22,200 nucleotides of DNA from Candidatus Hodarchaeota archaeon (GCA_029856365.1 JAHQWW010000061.1:1-22200), one strand, 5' to 3'. Shown: positions 7,305 to 17,328, numbered from the stretch's first letter. Notes: a model not told the origin generated them from the letters alone. Numbers and translations are program-made.

Positions 7305-10300
7305 TTATTTCCGCCTTTGCTTATTCTTCTTTCTTCTTATCTTCCTAAGATTAACAATAGCAATAACAGCTAATCCAACAAGGATCAAATTGAAACCAGG
7401 TGTTCGAAGAGGGGCTTGAGACTCTATTCCTTCTTCTAAGACTAAATTAATGGCAACTTCATCAGTTACAATGTTACCAGAGGTGTCTTTGACTTCTAAG
7501 TAGAGCGTATGGTTTCCAGCAACCCAACCAACAAGTTGTAATACAATATCTGATCCATCCCAATCAAATTTTCCTAGTGGTTCATTATTTCGCTTGAATT
7601 CATAGGAAGCTGGGTGCAAATCATAAGCTGACCAAGTTACTTTAGCATGTAGATCTCCAACTACAAATCTACAATCCGAAATGTGTGTTAATGTCGGTGC
7701 TGTGATATCAACTATTGATACCTGCGAAGTACAGGTGTGAGATAACTCGAATTGATCATAGACTATTAAGACAAAGGTATGAACACCTAATGTTAGACTG
7801 TCTAAAGAAACAGAGAGATTAGTGGCAGTTAAGGTACCTGAAGAATGAATTGAACCATCCATATAAATTGAGTAATTATTTGGGTTGGCTTCAAGTATAA
7901 ACCACCTCAAGAAATGACCTGTAGTCCCCTCTGAAATGACTAGATCATCTGGCTGAATAATGAGAGGTGGAGTAAAATCGGTGACTTTAACGATGACTGA
8001 TAGTTCACCGACATTTCCAGATTCGTCTTCAACGACCAAATTGTACTCGTAAACACCTGTTGATAATCCAAGTAAGCTGACGAATACATATGGATTTCCT
8101 GAAAGTAATGGCACATTCTCGATAAGTGTTCCATTACTATATAATTGGTATTGAGAGGGATGAAGCTCGCTTACATAGAATTCGAACCAGTTTGGAGAAT
8201 AAAGTGGTTCGTATTGAGTTCTACCGACAGACATTATCAGTGGTTTAATTATATCTAACATCGTAACTTCAATAGAGGAATACAGTGTGTTTCCTGTAGC
8301 GTCACGGAAGTATGCGTCATAAGTATAAACACCAGGAGTAAGACCTGCAAATGAAAGACTAAACGTTGCATTACCTTTAACCCAAGTTCCAGTGGCATTT
8401 GATATTCCATTTATTAAGATTTCATATGTTCCCGGTCGTGAATCGAGATCCATTATTGACCAGTATGGTAACTCTAATTTAGTGTAGTTGTGTTCAAAAA
8501 TAGTGATCTGTGTTTCTGGTGCTACTAAAAGGACGGGACTATCTAGATCCACAAGAACAAAAGTCCAATGATGACTAAAAAGGTTTCCTGCAAGATCGTA
8601 AAAGTTGAAATAAAGCTCATTAGAACCAACAGAAATTGTGTGTGTCAGTGTGTCAATATCAATAAATACAGGATCATTACTTTGCCACTCACCGGTAGAG
8701 AGAAGAGTGGTGTTATCGAGTTTCAATTCAAAATAAGCAGGATTTGTATCATTAACTGTTGCTGAAAATGTGTTACCGTAACCTAATAATAAGGATGAAC
8801 TTGGAAAGACTTGCATATTGGGATCGGAATTATCAGTGGGAGTTATGGTGATGATAACAGTGCTGGTAGCAGTATTATTGCTCATATCTTGAAGAACCAT
8901 GGTAAAAATCCATGTTCCCTCGGATAACGTACCAGGAGCAATGATATGTTTCATAGTCCAATTACGTGGATCGTCTAAACTATATTTGAAACAAAAATTA
9001 TCCAAATAGGTCAGAGTCAAAGGTATCCCATTGCGATAAAGGGTCATTGTATATAAATAGTCTTCAAAGCATTCCCAATATATTTCAATATTATTCTGGT
9101 AATTTAAGGGAAAAACTTCTTTTCCTGGTAGATAAGTAATAATGGGATTAGCTGTATCTTGGGGTACAATCTCAAGCAAAATTTGATCTTCTGCAACATT
9201 ATTACTAAGGTCAGTGAAATCTATCGTTATATTATGCACACCAACTTCTAAGGGATTCGTTCCAGTAACCGGAACATTAACCACTGTTTCGGTTGTCCAA
9301 GATCCAGTATCAAATTCTATACCATTAATGTAAACAGTATAACTATTTGGATATTCATCTACAGCTCGCCAAGTGAAATTATGTGTTATTGGTGACTCTG
9401 GATAAATATATCGGTCTAGAAGATATTTGGGTTCATGGAAATAAATACCTGGGGCAACCCTATCAGGCTCGAGAATAGCAATACTAACCTCACAGGCAGA
9501 GAATACTAAATTAGCACCACTTTTTACCGAAGTTACAATGATTCCAAAATTATAAGTATCTGGGGTAATGATATCAGGATCAGAGATTCTAAGTGTAATA
9601 ATGACATCCTGCGGTTCCATTGGACTGACATTTTCAATGATTGATGGATATGTTAGATAATCATCCCATCCTACAGTATCAATGATAAAACTATCATTCA
9701 CATTTCCTGTGTTGTTGAAGCTGAAAGTGAAATTAGTCTCCCAATTAGCGAAAACTGTGGTAGTTTCGGGAGTTATGGATGCCTCAACACCGTAAGCTTC
9801 TGAAAAATTAAGAATTAGAGTTTTTTGTTTATCAAAATAGGGTGTACGTGAACTATTGGCTGATAATTCAAATTCATACAATCCTGGATCAGGGAAAATA
9901 TCAGAGCGATCAAAAACAAAAGAAAATGCACCGAAGAAGTGGTCATCAGGTTCTGAACCATAAGGATTTACAATAAACTCTTCTGACCACGTATAGTTGG
10001 CTATTCCTGTGTTTAATCGTGCAGTAACATTAATAATGTCATTAACATTTCCTAAATTCTGACCTGAAAACCCAATGGCTACATGGTCACCCTGATTAAC
10101 CATCATTCCATCATAAAGTTGTGGAGCAAACTCAAGATCAACGTCATATGTTTCTGGAACGGTTAATACTGCTGTTTGAGTAATGGAGGGGTCAGGTAGT
10201 TCATAGTGAACACTCTGCAGAGATGTAGCATTTATAGTAAACGACCAGTCCCCTGGAGGTGCATCAGTTAATTCAGGTCCATAGATGATTAATGTTGCTT

Positions 10301-12050
10301 TAGTTTGACCGGCAACTCCAAATGGATTAGGATTAGGAGCAAAAAGTGATGAAATACCTCCCGGTTCACCACCATATTCAACAGTGAACTCACCGGGGTC
10401 AACTTGAGTTGATCCTGAAAGTTTATAAAGTGCAGGATCCAAATCAAATTCATAACGGAACCCCCCTGGTAATCCCAAGACCTCTAGTTCTATAGTATCA
10501 GACTGATCAGGTTTTAAATTGGAATTGGTAAGATCAATCTCGAATTTTTGGTATGGACCAAAAGGTGAAGGGGTAAGGTCTTGAACTTTTGTAATTGACA
10601 TGTCGAAGTCATATATGGCTGAATAATCTTCTGTGACACTGATACTACTACTATACCATTTCATTGTAACGATCGGGAATGGGCACTCAATGGGAATTTC
10701 AGGTAGATCCCATTTTTTAGTTCCTAGGAAGAAAAGAAGCCCACCAAACTTGAGTTCTAAATATGGATAAAAAGTTATTTTACTCAACCAGTAAGTAAGT
10801 CCAGTTATTGCAAAATCGATACTTGGTGTTATTAAATGACTCAAAATCGTAAAAGAGGTTGATTTAGTCTGCCCTGCTGCATTCCAACTAATTAAACGAG
10901 ATTTCCAGAGATCAGGTGATATTATCATCAATCCTGATACGGATTCACCTGTTAGTACAGTTTCTCCGAGGCTTACAGAAAATGTGATAAGGTCTCCGAA
11001 AAGGCCGCCTAGCTTAGCAAGTGTCACTTTTGGTGTATCAAAAGATATCTTGTCGCCTCCAAGAGGAGTTGTAAATGATTTTGTCTTTGAAAAACCTGGA
11101 GTCCTGCGATAATTATCTGTACAATCCCAATACCAGCCCTTACGTTCACAACAATAGCTTATCCCAAACAAACCAAAACAACGTTTAGTGCATCTACTGG
11201 AATATCTCCAACGATGTCTTTTATACCCATAATCTGCTTGACAAGTTAATTCATACTCATTAAAATCTTCTATATTTACCGGATTTACTTTACACGAAAA
11301 TTCATATTCATGTCCTTCGAAAATCCTCTTAGGATGTTTAATTACCAAGTCTACAGGAAATTTAAGCGTAACTTTGAAATTAAATTTAAACCAAGCCTCA
11401 ACTTTCCATACTTTTACACCAAAAATCTTTTGCGTATGCTTAATACTTTTGTCAATATTGACACCAGGAAGATCAATTCCAAAATTAACTCTGTATGTAG
11501 TTGTTGTGTATTCAGGGACAAAATCTTCTGGCATTTCAGTCTTGGGTAACACTGGAACAGAAATATTTTCGAATAACGAATCATTAAAGCCTAAAACTGT
11601 CATAACAGGTCGTTGAGAAAAAACAGTTTTTTCTATATAATCGCCATTATGGTAATTTGTTTTTAGTACTAATTTAGCTTTATCAGGAGTTTGTTCCTTT
11701 GTTACTTCCCAGCCTTCAATTATTTCTTGAGAGAATGATGAATACTCTGGTGAAGCTATCCAGCTTTCATAGAGATTTTTTTCTAGTGTCCTTGCTATAC
11801 CAGAAAATTCTTCGGGTGATAGTGGCATTGACACTTCTGACGGAAGAATCTGTTGGTTTAGATCATTTTTGATACTTTCTTGCATATGATGCATCATTTC
11901 TTCTGATTCTTTAGTGAATTCTTGATTACGGGTTTGGAGTAATCGTGATTGGGAATCAGCATTTATTATGGTAACACTAGAATAGCCAATAAGTAAGATC
12001 AAAATTATTGAAATTATTTTGATTCTATATTCTTTTAGTGTAATACTCAT
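7305..12050 (-). CDS. Giant secreted surface protein (1581 aa): unknown head, 3 COG1470/CARDB-like Ig domains, 7 Ig-like stalk repeats, PGF-CTERM-type sorting signal
   Basis: Signal peptide (IISIILILLIGYSSVTIINA), N.GNVND-type domains, and seven D..xP...W...D..P..Y...G.....D..GN repeats. The C-terminus is TPGF-NLILVGLAVIAIVNL-RKIRRKKNKQRRK. The start overlaps the upstream stop (ATGA 12050-12047) with GGAGG upstream. Confidence 0.88.
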   Translation of the reverse strand: MSITLKEYRIKIISIILILLIGYSSVTIINADSQSRLLQTRNQEFTKESEEMMHHMQESIKNDLNQQILPSEVSMPLSPEEFSGIARTLEKNLYESWIASPEYSSFSQEIIEGWEVTKEQTPDKAKLVLKTNYHNGDYIEKTVFSQRPVMTVLGFNDSLFENISVPVLPKTEMPEDFVPEYTTTTYRVNFGIDLPGVNIDKSIKHTQKIFGVKVWKVEAWFKFNFKVTLKFPVDLVIKHPKRIFEGHEYEFSCKVNPVNIEDFNEYELTCQADYGYKRHRWRYSSRCTKRCFGLFGISYCCERKGWYWDCTDNYRRTPGFSKTKSFTTPLGGDKISFDTPKVTLAKLGGLFGDLITFSVSLGETVLTGESVSGLMIISPDLWKSRLISWNAAGQTKSTSFTILSHLITPSIDFAITGLTYWLSKITFYPYLELKFGGLLFFLGTKKWDLPEIPIECPFPIVTMKWYSSSISVTEDYSAIYDFDMSITKVQDLTPSPFGPYQKFEIDLTNSNLKPDQSDTIELEVLGLPGGFRYEFDLDPALYKLSGSTQVDPGEFTVEYGGEPGGISSLFAPNPNPFGVAGQTKATLIIYGPELTDAPPGDWSFTINATSLQSVHYELPDPSITQTAVLTVPETYDVDLEFAPQLYDGMMVNQGDHVAIGFSGQNLGNVNDIINVTARLNTGIANYTWSEEFIVNPYGSEPDDHFFGAFSFVFDRSDIFPDPGLYEFELSANSSRTPYFDKQKTLILNFSEAYGVEASITPETTTVFANWETNFTFSFNNTGNVNDSFIIDTVGWDDYLTYPSIIENVSPMEPQDVIITLRISDPDIITPDTYNFGIIVTSVKSGANLVFSACEVSIAILEPDRVAPGIYFHEPKYLLDRYIYPESPITHNFTWRAVDEYPNSYTVYINGIEFDTGSWTTETVVNVPVTGTNPLEVGVHNITIDFTDLSNNVAEDQILLEIVPQDTANPIITYLPGKEVFPLNYQNNIEIYWECFEDYLYTMTLYRNGIPLTLTYLDNFCFKYSLDDPRNWTMKHIIAPGTLSEGTWIFTMVLQDMSNNTATSTVIITITPTDNSDPNMQVFPSSSLLLGYGNTFSATVNDTNPAYFELKLDNTTLLSTGEWQSNDPVFIDIDTLTHTISVGSNELYFNFYDLAGNLFSHHWTFVLVDLDSPVLLVAPETQITIFEHNYTKLELPYWSIMDLDSRPGTYEILINGISNATGTWVKGNATFSLSFAGLTPGVYTYDAYFRDATGNTLYSSIEVTMLDIIKPLIMSVGRTQYEPLYSPNWFEFYVSELHPSQYQLYSNGTLIENVPLLSGNPYVFVSLLGLSTGVYEYNLVVEDESGNVGELSVIVKVTDFTPPLIIQPDDLVISEGTTGHFLRWFILEANPNNYSIYMDGSIHSSGTLTATNLSVSLDSLTLGVHTFVLIVYDQFELSHTCTSQVSIVDITAPTLTHISDCRFVVGDLHAKVTWSAYDLHPASYEFKRNNEPLGKFDWDGSDIVLQLVGWVAGNHTLYLEVKDTSGNIVTDEVAINLVLEEGIESQAPLRTPGFNLILVGLAVIAIVNLRKIRRKKNKQRRK

Positions 12051-15000
12051 CTCTTAAACCTCCTTTTAAATGCAAAAAATGCTCTAAACACAATTAGCAC
12101 AAGTGCGGTCATTCCTAGTGTTATATAATCAAATCCAGGTGCACTTTCAGCTTTTACCACGGTGATTTTGACATCATCCATTGCAAAATTCCCAGAAACA
12201 TCATAGACTATACAGCGAAGGTAGTATTCACCTACTTCTAATGAATCCCATTCGTAGACGATATCATCACCATCCCAAGATCCAGCGTCAAGGATGCTAC
12301 CATCCATAAGGTTAACTATCTGATAGCTAGCTGGTGCAGCGTCTGACGCAACCCATGTCACTTCAACAGCCCCTTCTTGTACATTAAGATCTGCTAAAGG
12401 AGTTATTTCTGGAGGAGTAAGGTCTCCACTAACTGTTACACCGACTAGCATAGTTGCATTGTTATCATAGATGTCCCAAGCAAAAAATTTGATTGTATAT
12501 GAGCCAATTGCTAATCCATCAACTGAAACATTGACACCAATATTGGGGGTAGACCAAAGATGTTCAGAGAGAAGTACAGGCCCAATAAATATTTGATAAC
12601 CTTCGGGATGCTTATCAAATAAATAGAAAACAAGAGTGTTTCCCGTACTACCATAAACAATATCAAGATCATCATGATGCGAGATTTCAGGTGGTGTGAG
12701 GTCATAAATACTTCCAGGTAGGATTTTAACAATAGCATTACTTGAAACACTGTTACCTGCTTCATCCCAAACTATAAGTGTGAATTCCCAAGTACCGAGA
12801 GGGAGAGAGGCGAAGGAATACTGAATTAGACCAGATGACCAATAACCTTGTGAATAGACAACTGTACCATTTCTATAAATAACACACACAGTAGGATGTT
12901 CATCAAAAACTTCCCATGTGATTGTACCACGCATATTTTCAGTAAAAACTAGATCTGCGGGATGATTGATCGTTGGGGGAGTTGTATCGGGCACTGGTGG
13001 TATGACAATAACTAGGACGGTATCAAAAACGAAAGTACCCGAGAGATCCCATAGAGTTAGATTATATAGATATGTACCAATTGGTAATCCATCGACGTTA
13101 AAGGATATGTTTTCTCCATGCCAAGGAGCATACTTTTGGATATCGCCATCCTTCGAGATTTGATAAGCATAGGGATGGGCATCAGAACAAGACCAATTCA
13201 ATGCATTACCTTCTGATCCAACTTCATAGATAAGTGATCCAGGAGAAATGACATTTGGAGCATCGATATCAGGAACAAAAGGTAAAACAGTTACAAAGAC
13301 AATATCAAATGCTTTATTACCCGCTTCATCTTCAAGTGTGCAGTTAAATAGGTATGTTCCCTCAGAAAGTCCGCCTAAAGATATTTGGATATCATTTCCT
13401 ATCCACATTTGACTATAAATCAATGTACCATCTCGGGTAACAGTCGCCCACCAGGGGGCTCGATCATCAGATGCTTCCCATGTGATCGAATAACCGATTC
13501 TCCCTTCTTCAAATGTTTTATTTTCAGGAGAGGAAATAATCGGAGGCGTAATGTCAGGAGCACCTGGTAGAACAGTAACCCATACTTCATCAGAAGCAGT
13601 TGCACCCCCTACATTACTACAAACCAAAGTAAAATTATAAATACCCTCTTCAAGTCCATCGAGTGGGAGGATAACAGAATCTGTCCAATTACCAGTTTTA
13701 AAAACAGTATTATTCCGATAAACAGTGTAATTGGCTGGATTGGGGTCTGAAACGGACCACAAGATAGAATATCCAGGTTCACCAAAGTTAATAGCAAAAT
13801 CACCAGGACCAGTTATGGTTGGAACTGATATAACAGATTGGAACGGAACAATACTAGAGGAATACCAAATACCTTTGATGTCAGCACAGAAAACTTGGAT
13901 ATCATGAATACCATTGTCAGTCATAGGAATAACAGTATTTCCAGGAGCTGTAATAATAGGACCATTATTAACGGAATATCCTTCCCAGCTGACTGGAGTG
14001 GGGAAAGAATAATTAAGCAGTAAACCTTCATTAAGATTTTCTCCTACCTCATATCCAGACTCAAAGGAGAAACCAAATGCATCAAACCAGGTCCCATAAT
14101 TGGGATGACAACCTGACCAATGGGTTCCTGTTGAGAAAAAGTAGAAATGCGTGGGGGTGTTCTGGAATGTATAGGCGTAACCACTACCGTAAAGGACACC
14201 ATCAAACACAATTTGATAACCTCCTTGGTAAATGTCAAAATCAATTTGCACATGGTGCCAGGTGTTTGTTGTAACAACGTTATCACCTACAATGACTCTA
14301 TCAACCCATCGGTTGGCATAAAGATCCATATTCTCAACACCAAATTCAATAAAACCACCTTCACCTGTTATGGCAAATTTTGTAGCATCTAAAGCGGCAG
14401 CAGTGTCTTTATAGAACCAGAATTCAACTATCCCTGCTGTGACATTGGAAGTGAAATACTTATGAAGAGCTGCTCGTGTACCACCACCAGCTTTTCGCAT
14501 CTGAGCAACATTTTTATGACCATCAAGTTCTGCTTCTACTCTAATAAACCCACTACCATCAGGATAAGTGTATGCCCAACCTGTTGGTATTTCACCTAAT
14601 TTAGTATCTTCAAAACCATAAGGACCCGCATAATAGCCGTCCATGGGCGCAAAATATGTAATACTTTCAGGAGACAATATTGTGGGGATGGGATCAATGA
14701 ATGCTTTTGGCTCCGTGGTATTGCATTTACGGACAAAAACCCAATCAACTTCAATAGAAGTTTTATCTGTACCATCATATTGATAATCATGATAAGATCG
14801 GGAGTGTAATGCTCTTCCTATCTGTCCAAATGTTCCAATTGACCGCATTTCTGCTCCCCAGCCTGAACCAGGACCAGAGTAACCTGCGTGTGTCAAAATT
14901 CTCACTTCATATGACCCATCTGGTATTGCTGTACTATTAGTATGTGTAAGAATCGCGGATTCATTGTCATATTGAACTAGCGAATCAGAGAGCCAACGAA

Positions 15001-16684
15001 TCTCACCATTAAACCACGTTCGTTGAGGGACGACTAAGTCCTCTAGAATACCAAGTGATGAACTTTTGGTGTAAACTTTATCACCACGGCTCATTCTCCC
15101 TAATGATAAACCATTCGGTGCACTCTCACCGAAAGCTTGGCGTGGCCAAACAACCTCAAAATCACTGAATCCTAAAGAGGAACCAGCATTGAAAGTATTA
15201 GGAGTATCAGTATACACGGTAACAGTACTACCTGCTACTGTTAATGTACTATACGTATCAGTACGATTCCACCATTTAGTTGCATTAATACTAGTCCCCA
15301 AGAAATCATCAAAAAATTGGAAAGTTGCCTCGCCATTGCTCTCTGAAAGCGCGGTTGAATCACCATAATACATATTGAAGCTGGTTGTTCCAGCAGTTGG
15401 AACCTTTACCCAAATAGTAGAAGTTCCTGTAGAATTCCAAGATTGAATCCAATAGCTCATGGAATTATAATTATCATCAACAAAGCGAATATCACGCCCA
15501 CCTGGATTAGTCTTTGTATAATCAAAGGTGCTAGGATTCAGCTGAACCTTAACTTGGTAATCTACCTCTGGAGTAGCTGGATCTAGGTTTACAATGCTTT
15601 TAAAAATATTATCAACGGTTACAACTGGTTCAAGAGGACTATAAGTACGAACAAGAAGCCAATCACATTGTAATTGATTATAATCATCAGCTGGATAACG
15701 ATTCCAACTGAAAAATCTAAAAGCCCTATCACCTTGTCCCCACGGTATTACTGAAGTAGCCATTGCCCCATAATGATCGCCAGCTGGGTAATCGACCATT
15801 CTAGCTGTTAATTGCACAGTAAGAGGACCGCTGGGTATATTTTGGCTCTTTATCATGGAAGTAGTCCCATTGTGAAATTCAACCAAGTGACTATCAAACC
15901 ACCGGATTTCTCCAAGGAACCAACTTTCATAAGGAACAGCATTAAACGTCCTTGTGTCGTAACCATAAAGCGTACCAATAGTTTGATTGTAGGTACTACA
16001 TTGATCATTATTGAATAAAACTGATTTAGTTGATGTTGTTCCGTAACCCACACCATGATTAATGACGATGTCAGAAAAGCCAATAGAAACACCATGACTG
16101 TGATATTGGGTGGCAGAAGTGGATGTTAATGTTACAATACCCCCAGTAACAGATACAGTGGAATATGCATCTCCTTCACTAATCCATTTACTCGTATTGA
16201 TACTATTTCCAGAGAAATCATCAAAGAATAGGAATGTAGTATCTCCATTACTTTCAGAGACAGCTGCAGGATTACCATAGTACAAATGGAGGGTTGATGT
16301 CCCAGCAGCAGGTACTTTTACCCACAGGATTGAATCTCCACCAGTATTCCAGACTTCTACCCAATAACTTAATTTATGATCTAATGAATCATAAAAGCGA
16401 AGATCACTTCCATCAGCATTTGCTTTGGCAAAATTGAAATTATACGGATTGAGGACAACCTTCACTTGATAATCAGCTACTGGAGTAACAGGATTAATAG
16501 TCAAAATACTTTCATAAATCCATCCAACAGGGATGTCTTGAACTCTATAAGTTGGACTGGAAAAATTTTGGATTCCTTTCTCGTTTATGTTGTATCTAAA
16601 ACAATTTGGTAAAAAGAAAACTAATAGAATACCAATAACAAAAAATAGAATTTGAATCTGATTTTTATCGAATTTCACTCTCAT
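12047..16684 (-). CDS. Giant secreted surface protein (1545 aa): two DUF2341-led units, ConA/LamG-like domain inserted in an Ig-like domain, 6 Ig-like stalk repeats, PGF-CTERM-type sorting signal
   Basis: The DUF2341 motif DYQVKV.L....F......G.D.RF.D.....SYW...W.......WVKVP....YYG...A.SESNG..TF.FFDDF occurs twice. GIVEFWFY...WHHVQIDFD is lectin-like. There are six D.TPP.I..P repeats. The C-terminus is APGF-DYITLGMTALVLIVF-RAFFAFKRRFKR. Confidence 0.9.
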   Translation of the reverse strand: MRVKFDKNQIQILFFVIGILLVFFLPNCFRYNINEKGIQNFSSPTYRVQDIPVGWIYESILTINPVTPVADYQVKVVLNPYNFNFAKANADGSDLRFYDSLDHKLSYWVEVWNTGGDSILWVKVPAAGTSTLHLYYGNPAAVSESNGDTTFLFFDDFSGNSINTSKWISEGDAYSTVSVTGGIVTLTSTSATQYHSHGVSIGFSDIVINHGVGYGTTSTKSVLFNNDQCSTYNQTIGTLYGYDTRTFNAVPYESWFLGEIRWFDSHLVEFHNGTTSMIKSQNIPSGPLTVQLTARMVDYPAGDHYGAMATSVIPWGQGDRAFRFFSWNRYPADDYNQLQCDWLLVRTYSPLEPVVTVDNIFKSIVNLDPATPEVDYQVKVQLNPSTFDYTKTNPGGRDIRFVDDNYNSMSYWIQSWNSTGTSTIWVKVPTAGTTSFNMYYGDSTALSESNGEATFQFFDDFLGTSINATKWWNRTDTYSTLTVAGSTVTVYTDTPNTFNAGSSLGFSDFEVVWPRQAFGESAPNGLSLGRMSRGDKVYTKSSSLGILEDLVVPQRTWFNGEIRWLSDSLVQYDNESAILTHTNSTAIPDGSYEVRILTHAGYSGPGSGWGAEMRSIGTFGQIGRALHSRSYHDYQYDGTDKTSIEVDWVFVRKCNTTEPKAFIDPIPTILSPESITYFAPMDGYYAGPYGFEDTKLGEIPTGWAYTYPDGSGFIRVEAELDGHKNVAQMRKAGGGTRAALHKYFTSNVTAGIVEFWFYKDTAAALDATKFAITGEGGFIEFGVENMDLYANRWVDRVIVGDNVVTTNTWHHVQIDFDIYQGGYQIVFDGVLYGSGYAYTFQNTPTHFYFFSTGTHWSGCHPNYGTWFDAFGFSFESGYEVGENLNEGLLLNYSFPTPVSWEGYSVNNGPIITAPGNTVIPMTDNGIHDIQVFCADIKGIWYSSSIVPFQSVISVPTITGPGDFAINFGEPGYSILWSVSDPNPANYTVYRNNTVFKTGNWTDSVILPLDGLEEGIYNFTLVCSNVGGATASDEVWVTVLPGAPDITPPIISSPENKTFEEGRIGYSITWEASDDRAPWWATVTRDGTLIYSQMWIGNDIQISLGGLSEGTYLFNCTLEDEAGNKAFDIVFVTVLPFVPDIDAPNVISPGSLIYEVGSEGNALNWSCSDAHPYAYQISKDGDIQKYAPWHGENISFNVDGLPIGTYLYNLTLWDLSGTFVFDTVLVIVIPPVPDTTPPTINHPADLVFTENMRGTITWEVFDEHPTVCVIYRNGTVVYSQGYWSSGLIQYSFASLPLGTWEFTLIVWDEAGNSVSSNAIVKILPGSIYDLTPPEISHHDDLDIVYGSTGNTLVFYLFDKHPEGYQIFIGPVLLSEHLWSTPNIGVNVSVDGLAIGSYTIKFFAWDIYDNNATMLVGVTVSGDLTPPEITPLADLNVQEGAVEVTWVASDAAPASYQIVNLMDGSILDAGSWDGDDIVYEWDSLEVGEYYLRCIVYDVSGNFAMDDVKITVVKAESAPGFDYITLGMTALVLIVFRAFFAFKRRFKR
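14695..16516 (-). repeat. Intragenic tandem duplication: two ~304-codon DUF2341-led units (~15605-16516 and ~14695-15604)
   Basis: Colinear protein similarity: YESILTINPVTPVADYQVKV / FKSIVNLDPATPEVDYQVKV; FFDDFSGNSINTSKW / FFDDFLGTSINATKW; WFLGEIRWFDS / WFNGEIRWLSD; DWLLVRTYSPLEP / DWVFVRKCNTTEP. Confidence 0.88.
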
Positions 16685-17011
16685 TTTTCATTCAATCCTT
16701 AAAAACAATCTTCAAATTTTCTCCTCTACCACGAATAAACGCCAATTAATTGTTGATTAACAGCGCTAGGGAAATTTAAACCTTCATTCGGATGATATTT
16801 CCGATTAAATAAAGAATTTCAAGGAATAATCGAATAACAACGAGAGGGTATTTTCTAATCTTAATCTGGCTTATTATGATTTAAAACTTAATAACATTAT
16901 CATAGAGAATTTAGGCCAAAAATATAGTGGGAGATGAAAAGGTAGTTGGAGCGAGTAGATTCATTTTACTCCCTAAAATCCTGGTTTAATTTAAGACAGA
17001 ATGAATCTCAT

Positions 17012-17086
17012 CTATTTTTTATTATCAAATTTTATCAATTGAAGGATATAATTAAGTGAGAACCTTGTTGGGACGGCTTGTACAGA
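17012..17086 (-). pseudogene. Orphan duplicate of the last 24 codons plus stop of the DUF116 gene (matches 20974-21048)
   Basis: The minus strand reads SVQAVPTRFSLNYILQLIKFDNKK*, versus STQAVPTRFPLNYVLQLLQLDIKK* in the intact gene. By hand count, 58/75 nt and 17/24 aa are identical, ungapped, with the same TAG stop. Confidence 0.92.
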
Positions 17087-17300
17087 CCTTTGAGACAAAT
17101 AGCGTGAGCCTAGACCTCGGGTTTCTTCACATGCTGGAGTTTTCTGGCGAAATGAAGTCTTTAGCAATTCTAATGCAGGACTGTTTCACCAAATAGATCT
17201 CTTCTTTGGAGTAATCCGTGAGTATCATTTCTGGATTCATGATCTGCTGACACAATATTCCGAAAGAAGAAAATTAAGATAATGCTAAAGGTTATATTCT

Positions 17301-17326
17301 AAAAAAAAAGAGGGGGAGGAATCCCT
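17301..17326 (-). terminator. Putative terminator after the 1176-aa gene
   Basis: On the minus strand, AGGG-ATTCCTC-CCCT is followed by C and a T9 run (A9 at 17301-17309) right after the TAG stop. Oligo-T tracts are typical archaeal terminators. Confidence 0.55.
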
Positions 17327-17328
17327 TG

